Positions 23,001 through 32,130 of a stretch of DNA of 64,000 bases are shown here, one piece after another. Numbering within the stretch: position 1 is the stretch's first letter; each line of letters begins with the position of its first letter. The translations under genes and the position numbers were made by a program. Origin of the DNA: an uncultured bacterium. Its GTDB lineage: Bacteria > Auribacterota > Erginobacteria > Erginobacterales > Erginobacteraceae. The stretch covers positions 64,001 through 128,000 of the forward strand of contig CAWGIE010000035.1 in NCBI GenBank assembly GCA_963822585.1, written 5' to 3'. Below the pieces are notes generated by a model. It ran no database searches. It had not been told where the DNA came from and saw only the letters and a list, made by a program, of their open reading frames with translations.

Positions 23001-25046
23001 GAGTTGGATAGATAAGAGAGTCCCTCGAATCTTTTATCCGGGTAGTATTCATCGGAGTAAAACATGTACATGTGTTCCGCCGCTTTATCGATGAAACGCT
23101 TGCTGACCGGATCCCCGGTCAGATAATAATGAAGCAGGGCGCCCCGGGAGCCATATGCGGTATCGGAGACCGGGCCCAGGTAGTTTCTCTGCCCGTTTTG
23201 ATTGCCGGTTTCCCCATGTTGAGAGTGGCCGAAGATCGCGTCGCGCCAGCGCCAGACGTCATATCCGGTATCCGTCACCACGTCGTGGAGCATCAAAAGC
23301 TCCAGATAGCCGGTGAGCGCTTCCGCCATCTCCCGCCAGCGGTCGTCGCCGGTGCGTAGAAACTGCAGCCAGGCGCCGAAATCGGAGTCATATTTCACGT
23401 TGTACGGTCCGGCCTTGCCGTCTCCGTAGGCCTCGAAGTCAAGAGGCTGATTGCCGAACCATGACCAGCCATAACAGTTGAAGAAATCCCGGCTTGACGG
23501 CTCTTCGGCGGTACCTTCCCAGAAGCTGTGATAGGGGTAGTAATAAGAGAAGGGGCCATGGTAAAGCGGATCCGGCGCCAGGACCCGGTCGTTCAGATAA
23601 GCATAGAGCCCGGCGTTGTCCAGGTTATCCGCTTCTCCCTCCCTCTCCACCGCGCTCCCCGTTTCCGCGGGCGCAGAACTCCTGCAGGGCCCGGGAAGCG
23701 ATCAACCACCGGGGGGAAGGAACGGCCGTGAGAGGGGCGTTCAGGCATTGGGCGATATCCCCGGCTCCCGAAGAAGAAGCGTTGCCCTGGTGAAAGTACA
23801 GGAAAGTTCTCGTGGGTCTTTTCTTCTCCGGTCCGGAAATTGTATTGCCCGGTATACTCCGGGGGAAAAAGTTTCAGAAAAACGCCCCCCTGGGCATCGG
23901 AGGCAAGAGCCTTGGGAAAGAGCTGCCAGAAATTCCAAATCCCGGCGGTGATGCCCTTCTCCGCCCCGGAAAGATCCATCCACCCAGCGAAATGGTCTCC
24001 CGCCCCGATCCGGCCCTCTCCGAGAGTGACCTGGTAGCCCCGGAAGCGGCAGTAGGCGTTGGTCCGGGGCTGATCGGAGGATCCGTAGTTGTCCCAGTAG
24101 TCCGTCCCGGAGGAATCCTGGTAGGCGAGAAAATCGCCGGAGAGGTCGACTGTCGCCCTCCCGCTTTCGGAAGGATAGGTGCAGGAGAGTCCCGTCGGCG
24201 CCTGATCGAGCCGGATCGCCGCCTCCACGCTCGCGAAAGTAACGCTGTTGGCACCGTAGTAATCGAATGCCTCGTATTTACCCGCGGTCTCGTTGAAAGC
24301 CAACGGCCGGTGATTCCCCAGTGTGCAGAGAACCCGGACAAAGCTCTTCCCGGCATAAAAGTAAAGGTAAGCGGTGCAGTCAAGACTATCGCCGTTGTCG
24401 GTGTTTTGCAGCGTCCCGATTACCTTGACGACGGCCCGCAACGGTCCCTCATCGATCAGAGCAACTGTTTGCGGGGGGCCGTGAAAAAGAGGCGTACTCC
24501 GTCCCGGAGCCGTCTTGCAGGATCAGACCGTTCTCATCCGTGTCCGTGATAACCATTCCCCCACCGTGACCCGTTTCAAAAGGGAAAAATGCTGCTTGCT
24601 GACCGTAAATTCGGCCGCCAGAGTATTAATGAGCAGTTTTTCGGTGGTGTTGGAGACGATCGTGACCCCGGCGGAGGTCTGATTCTCTTTCTTCCCCGTA
24701 AGGTAACAAGTCGCGCCGCCCCTCGCCCCGACATCGGCGAAGAAGGTCGCCAGCAACCACTTAACGGGCTTATCGATCTCGTCCGTGTGCCGCCCCAGCG
24801 GGCGGTTACCTGGAACTGAGAGGGAACCGTTTCCCCTTCCGCGGTCTCTATATTGAACATGCCCGTTGATCGGATGTCCCGGTCCCGGGGGACCGGTATT
24901 CCGGCCGTGACCGGTACCTGAGAATAGCTGAAATCGTGGTCGTTTCTGACTCGAGCCGACAGTGAGTTCCGCTCGCGCGGAGAAGGGGAGGGCATGCAAA
25001 AAAAACCGGTGAGGAAAAGAGATGAGGAGAACCGGAAATTTTTCAT
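20046..25046 (-). pseudogene. Giant secreted multidomain protein: YetA/PL26-like N-terminal and helical region, 2 bacterial Ig domains, PKD, DNRLRE-like domain, Pro/Thr linker, 6 DYxGDG repeats; many frameshifts
   Basis: Fragments 24576-25115, 24523-24999, 23593-24441, 22565-23650, 22396-22839, 21858-22427 and 20046-21659 chain together. Motifs: PVTAGIPVPR...VPSQFQVTARWGG...VKWLLATF; PPRVSLLAPADG...SDNTGV; FDASATSDPESDPLTFHWDFGDG; DTYI...RTLIAFDL...SRENSDASHRPSLTINY. Confidence 0.65.
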
Positions 25047-25103
25047 GATAAGCCCCCTGGAATGAGTATGTGTTGCGGGAAAAGGGATCCCGGAAAACAT
25101 ATG

Positions 25104-25120
25104 AGCAAGAATCATGCCAA
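25104..25120 (-). promoter_or_regulatory. sigma54 (-24/-12) promoter
   Basis: TTGGCATGATTCTTGCT (GG-N10-GC), about 58 bp upstream of the giant gene start. Confidence 0.65.
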
Positions 25121-25371
25121 AGCTATCCGGTAAAATGCCGACGGCAGAACACGTTATCCGTCAAGTGATAGTGACTGAAAAGCCAAATGCCGGCAGCCGC
25201 TCTCCGGTATCCGATGTTGCGGTTGTGAATGAGCATGTTGCGGGGAGGAAACTGTTGCCTGATCGAAGGGGTATAAAGCAGGGGTGAGCGGAAAAAAGAT
25301 GGAGCGGCCCGTTCACGGACCGCTCCATCCTGTAGGATGCTTGGGCTGGGTCAGAGCCCGTTTAGTACTGT

Positions 25372-27660
25372 CTACCGGGTGGCGGCGATATCGTTTTCGG
25401 AGCCGAAATAGACACGCAGCCCCGTTCGGGCAGCCCACAGGCCCTGCCATCCCCGGAAAATACCGGGATCGTCAATGGGGTCCCCGTTATAGTCGGCCGG
25501 GACCGCCTGGTCTTCACAATTGCCGAAGTAAATACGGGAGACGCCCTTGATCGCCCAGAGCCCGGCGCCGGGCCGGAAAATCCCGATCTCCCAGGTGCCG
25601 TCCCCGTCATAGTCGCCGGAGGCGACCTGGTCGTTCTCGCGGCCGAAGTAGGTCCGAGTGACACCCCTGACCGACCAGAGTCCGTCCTGGGGGCGGAAGA
25701 TGCTGACCACCGAGGACCCGGTCCCCTGGTAGTCGCCCGGGACCGGCATGTCGCCGCCAGCGCCGAAATAGGTCCTCCCGCCGCCGCGGACCGACCAGAG
25801 CCCGGACTGGGCGCGGAAGATAGCAATGTCGCAGCCACCATCCCCGTTATAGTCGGAGGGAGCGGGCTGATCGTTCGGGGACCCGAAATATAGACGGGTT
25901 ATGCCGTGGACCGCCCAGAGTCCGCTGGCCGTCCGGAAGATGGCCGGGTCGGCCGTACCGTCGCCGTTATAGTCGCCGGGGGCGACCCGGTCGGTGCTCC
26001 CGCCGAAGTAGATCCGGGAGATACCCCGGATCGCCCAGAGGCCGGAAGAGGGCCGGAAGATGGCGACGTCTGAGGTGCCGTCGCCGTTGTAGTCGCCGTC
26101 GGCATAGACCGGGCTGAGAGAGGGCTGGTAGATCTTGGTGATGAAGGCATCGGTGCTCCCCGCCCGGCTTGACTGGTAGGGGTTCTCGATCGGGAAGTTG
26201 TCGGACAGAGTTGTTCCCCCGATGTACGCGCTTCCCTGGGTATCGACCGCGATCCCCTTTCCGACATCATCGTTGTTTCCGCCGAGATAGGTGGAATAAA
26301 GGAGCCGCTGTCCTTGGCAGGAGAATTTTGCCACGAAGGCGTCGCCCCCGGTCTGGTCGGCGAAGCTTGACTGATAGGCGTTCTCCACCGGGAAGTCATC
26401 GGACATAGTATAGCCGGTGATAAAGGCGAAATCGTCCAGGTAGACGGCGATCCCCCAGGCTTCGTCATCTTCAGAACCGCCCAGGTAGGTGGAGAAAGCC
26501 AGTGGCGAGCCGGGAGACATAATCTTGGTGACGAAGGCGTCGTGATCCGGCGGCTTCGTCGACTGATAAGCATTGACGACCGGGAAATCACCCGAAATGG
26601 TCGAGCCGGTGATGTAAATATTTGTCGTCAACGGCGATGTCCATGCCATCGTCGAAATGCTCCCCGCCCAAATACGTGGAGAAGGTGAGCGAACTTCCGT
26701 CCGGATCGAATTTGGTGACGAAGACGTCATCGTTACCGGAGAACGTCGCCTGATAACAGTTTCTAGTGGGAAAATCTTCCGAACTGGTATCCCCGGTAAC
26801 ATAGGCGCATTGAGTATAGGCGATACCGACCGCGCCCGCCTGGCCGGGATCATCAGGATCGGCCCCGCCAAAAAATATCGCGGAGGCATCGACCGCGATG
26901 GCGCGTCCAGTGTCATCGGGTTCCCACCCAGGTAAGTAGAGAATATCAGAGACGATCCGGTAGAATCGAACTTAGTCACAAAAGCGTCACCCTGCCCATC
27001 CTGGCTCGACTGGTATGGGTTGACTGTTGGGAAATTGTATGAGCCGGTATAGCCGGTAACATAAGCGTGCCGGAGACTGTCGACGGCGATTCCATAACCG
27101 AATTCAGCGGGGTTATAACCGCTATCACCGCCTAGATACGTGGAATAGAGCAACTCGGAACCCGCAGAGGAGAATTTGGTGACGAAGACGTCATCATTAC
27201 CACCGCCGTGGCTGCTTTGGTACGCGTTGACAGTAGGGAAATTGCTGGAACCGGTCGAACCGACAACATAGGCGCAATAATAGGTGTCGATCGCTATCCC
27301 GTCACCGCTCTCGCTGCCGTTTCCGCCCAGGTAAGTGGAGAAGATGAGTTGGGAACCGTCGGCGGAGAGCTTACTGATGAAAGCGTCGTCAGCGGCCTTG
27401 CTTGCCTGGTAGGGGTTTTCAGTGGGGAAGTCGGTTGAAGAGGTACGGCCGATCACGTATACGCACTGGGCTTGATCGACGGCGACGCATCCCCCCCCGC
27501 CGTTATCGCTGGCGTTCCCGATTTGGTCGCCTCCTGTTCCCCCCAGGTAAGTTGAATATTCAACCTCCGCCGGGTCGAGAATCTCCAGGGCAACAACCGT
27601 GCCGGCGGTTATGCAGAAGATGCCGGCAATCACAAGCAATAAAAGTGCGTTTTTTCTCAT
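25372..27660 (-). CDS. Secreted SBBP-repeat (beta-propeller) protein with six C-terminal DYNGDG repeats
   Basis: Repeated YSTYLGGxxxDxGxGIAVD...AYVTGxTxSxNFP...DAFVTK. The segment at about 26620-26930 is out of frame (compensating indels). Ends DIAATR*. Confidence 0.8.
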   Translation of the reverse strand: MRKNALLLLVIAGIFCITAGTVVALEILDPAEVEYSTYLGGTGGDQIGNASDNGGGGCVAVDQAQCVYVIGRTSSTDFPTENPYQASKAADDAFISKLSADGSQLIFSTYLGGNGSESGDGIAIDTYYCAYVVGSTGSSNFPTVNAYQSSHGGGNDDVFVTKFSSAGSELLYSTYLGGDSGYNPAEFGYGIAVDSLRHAYVTGYTGSYNFPTVNPYQSSQDGQGDAFVTKFDSTGSSLIFSTYLGGNPMTLDAPSRSMPPRYFLAGPILMIPARRARSVSPILNAPMLPGIPVRKIFPLETVIRRRSPVTMTSSSPNSIRTEVRSPSPRIWAGSISTMAWTSPLTTNIYITGSTISGDFPVVNAYQSTKPPDHDAFVTKIMSPGSPLAFSTYLGGSEDDEAWGIAVYLDDFAFITGYTMSDDFPVENAYQSSFADQTGGDAFVAKFSCQGQRLLYSTYLGGNNDDVGKGIAVDTQGSAYIGGTTLSDNFPIENPYQSSRAGSTDAFITKIYQPSLSPVYADGDYNGDGTSDVAIFRPSSGLWAIRGISRIYFGGSTDRVAPGDYNGDGTADPAIFRTASGLWAVHGITRLYFGSPNDQPAPSDYNGDGGCDIAIFRAQSGLWSVRGGGRTYFGAGGDMPVPGDYQGTGSSVVSIFRPQDGLWSVRGVTRTYFGRENDQVASGDYDGDGTWEIGIFRPGAGLWAIKGVSRIYFGNCEDQAVPADYNGDPIDDPGIFRGWQGLWAARTGLRVYFGSENDIAATR

Positions 27661-27889
27661 GGATCCCTCCTTTCCGTAAAGTTTCCCTTTTATTAATTAT
27701 TATTAATAGAAACATCAAAGTAATAATAATCGAACGGAAAGTCAACGAAAAATCGGATATGAACCAATTCATACCATGAGGAGTCTATACATACATATAT
27801 ACTATTCCCGGAAATGACATTCATCAGAATTGTCTTCGAATGAGCGGATTTGGGATGAAAAAACATGAATTGAATGATAGGATAATCCT

Positions 27890-29515
27890 ATGAATAAAGA
27901 TATCTTCTGTCGCTACTGTCTGGGCACGGTTTTGCGCCGTCTCCTGATTGTTTTTCTCTGCCTGGTTCCCTTGCCCGCCTGCTCCCGCGAGGCGCCTGTC
28001 GGTCAACCTGAAAAGCCGGGACAGGATATTCGTCCCCCGGCGGTGGCGGGAGGTTTTTACCCCGCTGACCCGGTCGAACTGACCCGGATGGTCGACGGGT
28101 TCCTGGCTGCGGCTGGAAACCACAAACCGGATGGGAAAATCATCGCCCTGCTCGCTCCCCATGCCGGGTATCCTTATTCGGGCCCGACCGCCGCCCACTC
28201 CTTCGCCCTGCTGAAAGGTTCGGGTGTGAAGACGGTTTTTTTGATCGGCTGCTCGCACCATGCCTACTTCCCGGGGGTCTCGGTTTACGGCGGCGACGGC
28301 TACCGGACGCCGCTGGGCGTGGTGCCGGTCAACAAGGAACTGGCGGAGTGGATGCGGGAACAGGACCCGAATATCGCCTATTACCCGGGCGCTAACGCTC
28401 AGGAACATTCCCTGGAAGTCGAGCTTCCGTTTCTGCAGCGGGTGCTGACGGATTTCAAGATAGTCCCGATTTTGCTCGGACAGACGGACGAGAAAACGGT
28501 CCAGAGGCTGGGAAAGATCCTGACCGAGGCGGTGAAGAAGGCGCCGGACCCGGTGATCGTCTGCAGCAGCGACATGACCCACTATCCGCCCGAGAAAGAC
28601 GCCCGGCGGATCGACCGGGAGACCCTGGAGGCCATCGCCTCGATGAACCCGGCGGCGGTGGCGGCGGTCCAGAAAAAGCACATCCCCGGCCCGGTCCCCA
28701 ACTTGGTCTGCACGATGTGCGGGGAAGAAGCGTTGCTCGTCACCATGGAGGCGGCGAAGCTGCTGGGGGCGGACCGGGCCGAGATCCTGGATTACTCGAA
28801 TTCCGGGGGTGTTTCTTTCGGCGACCAGAACCGGGTCGTCGGCTACGGCGCGGTTGCTTTTCTCAAATCAGTTGACCCCACAGCTCCCGCAGAACAGACG
28901 GGAGCGGGGAACGATAATCCCATCCAGGAGACTACGATGACCGAAGAAAAAAATCATCAGGAAGGAATGAGCCCGGCGGCGCACCGGCACCTGCTGGAGA
29001 TTGCCCGCCAGGCCCTGACCGCCGCGGTCAGCGGGCGCCCGCTCCCCCAAACACCGGTGACCGACAGTGAGCTCCAGGGGCACCAGGGTGCTTTCGTCAC
29101 CCTGACCGAGAAGGGCCGCTTGAGAGGCTGTATCGGACAGTTCACCGCCGATCGGCCGCTTTATCAGGTTGTCCGCGAGATGGCGCAGGCTTCGGCGCTG
29201 CGGGATACCCGTTTTCCCCCGGTTCAGCCGTCGGAACTCCCCGATATCTCTATCGAGATATCGGTCCTCTCGCCGATGCGCCGGATCACCGACCCGATGA
29301 AGGAAGTGGAGCTGGGCAAGCATGGGATCTACATCAAACGGGGCTGGCATGCCGGGACCTATCTCCCCCAGGTGGCAACGGAAAACAATATGTCGAAGGA
29401 AGAGTTCCTCTCCTCCTGCAGCGCCCATAAGGCGGGCCTTCCCCCCGACGCCTGGAAGGACCCGGATACCGAGGTGTACGTCTATACCGCCGAAGTCTTC
29501 GGTGAAGGCGAGTAG
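27890..29515 (+). CDS. amrB-amrA: AmmeMemoRadiSam protein B (MEMO) fused to protein A (AMMECR1), with N-terminal signal/lipobox
   Basis: IRPPAVAGGFYP, PHAGYPYSG, EHSLEVELPFLQ, SSDMTHY, VVGYGA; then GAFVTL...LRGCIG, DTRFPPV, EISVLSP, GTYLPQVA, KAGLP. Confidence 0.9.
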   Translation: MNKDIFCRYCLGTVLRRLLIVFLCLVPLPACSREAPVGQPEKPGQDIRPPAVAGGFYPADPVELTRMVDGFLAAAGNHKPDGKIIALLAPHAGYPYSGPTAAHSFALLKGSGVKTVFLIGCSHHAYFPGVSVYGGDGYRTPLGVVPVNKELAEWMREQDPNIAYYPGANAQEHSLEVELPFLQRVLTDFKIVPILLGQTDEKTVQRLGKILTEAVKKAPDPVIVCSSDMTHYPPEKDARRIDRETLEAIASMNPAAVAAVQKKHIPGPVPNLVCTMCGEEALLVTMEAAKLLGADRAEILDYSNSGGVSFGDQNRVVGYGAVAFLKSVDPTAPAEQTGAGNDNPIQETTMTEEKNHQEGMSPAAHRHLLEIARQALTAAVSGRPLPQTPVTDSELQGHQGAFVTLTEKGRLRGCIGQFTADRPLYQVVREMAQASALRDTRFPPVQPSELPDISIEISVLSPMRRITDPMKEVELGKHGIYIKRGWHAGTYLPQVATENNMSKEEFLSSCSAHKAGLPPDAWKDPDTEVYVYTAEVFGEGE

Positions 29516-29657
29516 CGGAGAGTAGCACAGACATTCCTGTCTGTGCTACTGTAATGCTGACGCGAATCGAAGTGTTCGTCCCGATCCCGGGGGAGGACGG
29601 GGTGATATTTTTCCTGACTCCTGATGGGGATACGCAGTGCTTCCCCAAAAAATAATT

Positions 29658-29685
29658 TTGACGGAGGTGCCCGTGGTGGTATAAT
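29658..29685 (+). promoter_or_regulatory. sigma70-type promoter (extended -10)
   Basis: TTGACG-16 nt-TATAAT with TG two bases upstream of the -10. Confidence 0.55.
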
Positions 29686-29755
29686 TGGTCCGTCGGGAAA
29701 ATAAACTGGGGTCTGACGGTGAACAAGTTCTCAGCGGGAAATTGTCGTTTCTCCT

Positions 29756-29790
29756 AAGCCCGGGCCGAGTATTCGGCCCGGGCTTTTTTT
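29756..29790 (+). terminator. Intrinsic terminator in the leader of the DUF1566 gene
   Basis: AAGCCCGGGCCGA-GTAT-TCGGCCCGGGCTT followed by a T run. Confidence 0.75.
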
Positions 29791-29864
29791 CTGGCCCCAA
29801 CTCTTCAGAAACCAACCCGCCGGGGGAACAGTAACCCCGGGGGAAAAACGCAGGAGGTGAGGCG

Positions 29865-30799
29865 ATGAAGAACGGGACGATCGTGGGGGCGATTGTACTG
29901 GCCGCGGCCTGGTCAGCGGGGATTTTGGCCGCCGACTTCAACGGGGACGGGACCCCGGACGTGGCGGTCTTCCGGCCGACCTCAGGTCTCTGGTCGGTGC
30001 GGGCAGTGACCAGGTTTTATTTCGGGCAGAGCGGGGATACGCCGGTGGCGGGGGATTACAACGGGGTCGGGGTGGATGCGGCGGCGGTCTTCCGTTCCGG
30101 TAGCGGACTCTGGACGGTCCGGGGGGTGACCCGGGTCTATTTCGGGGGAAGCCCGGACCAGGCGGTGGTGGGGGACTACAGCGGCAACGGCCGGAACAAC
30201 TTTGCCGTCTTTCGGCCCTCCACCGGTCTCTGGGCGGTGAGGAACTTGACCCGGATCTACTTCGGAAGCTCGGACGACCTCCCGGTCCCGGCCGGGCGGA
30301 CCGCCCGGAAGGGACTCCAGAAGACCGGTCAGAGCACCAGCTACCAGGAATATGACGACGGGTATTACACGGCAGGGCTGGCCTTCAGTTACCAGACCGA
30401 GGCCCCCAACCCCTCCAACCCGGGCCAGGTGGTCACCATCGACAAGGTAACCGGGTTAATGTGGGCCACTTACGGGGACACGGGCCGGCTGCAATTTCGG
30501 GGCCCGGACCGACTGGAAGTCTGCTCTTAACTGGGCCTATAACCTGATCTACGCCGGCTACTCCGACTGGAGGGTCCCCATTGTCCGTTAACTGCAGTCG
30601 CTGATCGATTACGGCAAGAACGATATTGCAATCATGTCCAATTTACTTTCCGGACACCAAGTCGGACTACTACTACTCCTCGACTACGTCCGACAGCATT
30701 CCCACGTTCGCCTGGGAAGTGCATTTCATCAACGGCTACGTCAACTACAACACCAAGGCCACCAGCTACTATGTCCGGGCGGTGCGCGGCGGCGAGTAG
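29865..30799 (+). pseudogene. Secreted protein with three N-terminal DYNGDG repeats and a C-terminal DUF1566 (Lcl C-terminal, CLec-like) domain; interrupted
   Basis: Signal peptide; LQKTGQ, VTIDKVTGLMW, YAGYSDWRVP.VR*LQSLIDY, YYSSTT...AWEVHFINGYV...YYVRAVRGGE*. Frameshifts near 30484 and 30643; TAA at 30589. Confidence 0.75.
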
Positions 30800-31032
30800 C
30801 CGTGCCTTTGATAATTTGACCATTCCGCGCTCCGATTCATCGGAGCGCGGAGTATAGACGTTTAAACCATTTAATTTAACAAGACATTCCCCGTCCCGTA
30901 ACCCGGGGCGGGGAATGTCTTGCCCCGGGTATCGCCCTCCCGCGAGTTCGCTCTCTTCCCGTCCGGCCAAAGATCCTTGTTTTTTCCTCCCGGAAGTGCT
31001 TTCCTGCGCCGGAAGACGAAGCAGACTGTCAG

Positions 31033-31920
31033 ATGAGAATCGGAGCGCACATCTCGATCGCGGGGGGGGTGGCGAAGGCGGTGGACCGGGCGAAGGCGGC
31101 CGGGTGCGAGGCGGTCCAGATCTTCAGCGGGAACCCCCGGGGGTGGAAGATCGTTCCATTCAACCTCTCGGCGGCGACCGGTTTCCGCCGCCGCTGCCGC
31201 GAGGAGAATATTTACCCGGTCTTCATTCACTCCCCTTACCTGATCAACCTCTCCGCCCCCGACGAAGAAATCTACGGCAAGTCCCTGGCGGCCTTCCAAA
31301 ACGATCTACAGCGTTCCGACCTGCTGGGGGCGGACGGCTTCGTCATCCACGTCGGCTATCACCGGGGGGAGGGGATGGAGGCGGGGGTGGCGAAGATGGC
31401 CGGGGCCTTGAGAGAAAGCCTGGTCGACCTCCCGAGTCTGAAGACCACCATCCTCCTGGAGAACACCGCTTCCGCCGGCTCCAGTCTCGGCCACCGCTTC
31501 GAGGTCATCGCCGAGATCATGAACCACTCGGGGGCGGGGGAGAAGCTCGGTCTCTGCCTCGATACCTGCCATGCCTATGTCTCCGGGTATGACGTCGCCA
31601 CCGCCCGGGGACTGGACCGGATGCTCCGGAAGATAGACCGCCTGATTGGTCTGGATCGTCTCCGGGTGGTCCATTTCAATGACAGCAAGTTCGGTCTGGG
31701 TTCCCGCCGCGACCGGCACGAGCACATCGGCCGGGGAAAGATCGGGATGGCCGGGATGCGCCGGATCGCCCGCCACCCGGCCCTGCAGAACAAGACGTTC
31801 ATCCTGGAGACGCCGAAAGAGACTCCGGAGGATGATCCCCGCAACGTCGCCCTTGTTAAATCATTCAGAGAAAATCTACCACGAAGGACACGAAGAACAC
31901 GAAGGAGAATGAAAGAATAA
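31033..31920 (+). CDS. nfo: Endonuclease IV (deoxyribonuclease IV)
   Basis: IGAHISIAGG, QIFSGNPRGW, HSPYLINL, LLENTA, CLDTCH, HFNDSK, DRHEHIG, ILETP. Confidence 0.95.
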   Translation: MRIGAHISIAGGVAKAVDRAKAAGCEAVQIFSGNPRGWKIVPFNLSAATGFRRRCREENIYPVFIHSPYLINLSAPDEEIYGKSLAAFQNDLQRSDLLGADGFVIHVGYHRGEGMEAGVAKMAGALRESLVDLPSLKTTILLENTASAGSSLGHRFEVIAEIMNHSGAGEKLGLCLDTCHAYVSGYDVATARGLDRMLRKIDRLIGLDRLRVVHFNDSKFGLGSRRDRHEHIGRGKIGMAGMRRIARHPALQNKTFILETPKETPEDDPRNVALVKSFRENLPRRTRRTRRRMKE

Positions 31921-32130
31921 GAAAATGAAGTGATACCGTATCTCTCCTTTGTGTCTTTGTGCCTTTGTGGTAAAAAGTATTTTGGGCCTGAAAAGACCCC
32001 TTAAGTCGGTTAAAAGAATATTTGAGCAAGAAAGAGACCGGCGCCCTCTATTGAAAAGAGTCTTCGTGTTCTTCGTGTCCTTCGTGGTTTAATATCGGTA
32101 GTCAGTTTTTCAATATAAGATGTAATCGGT

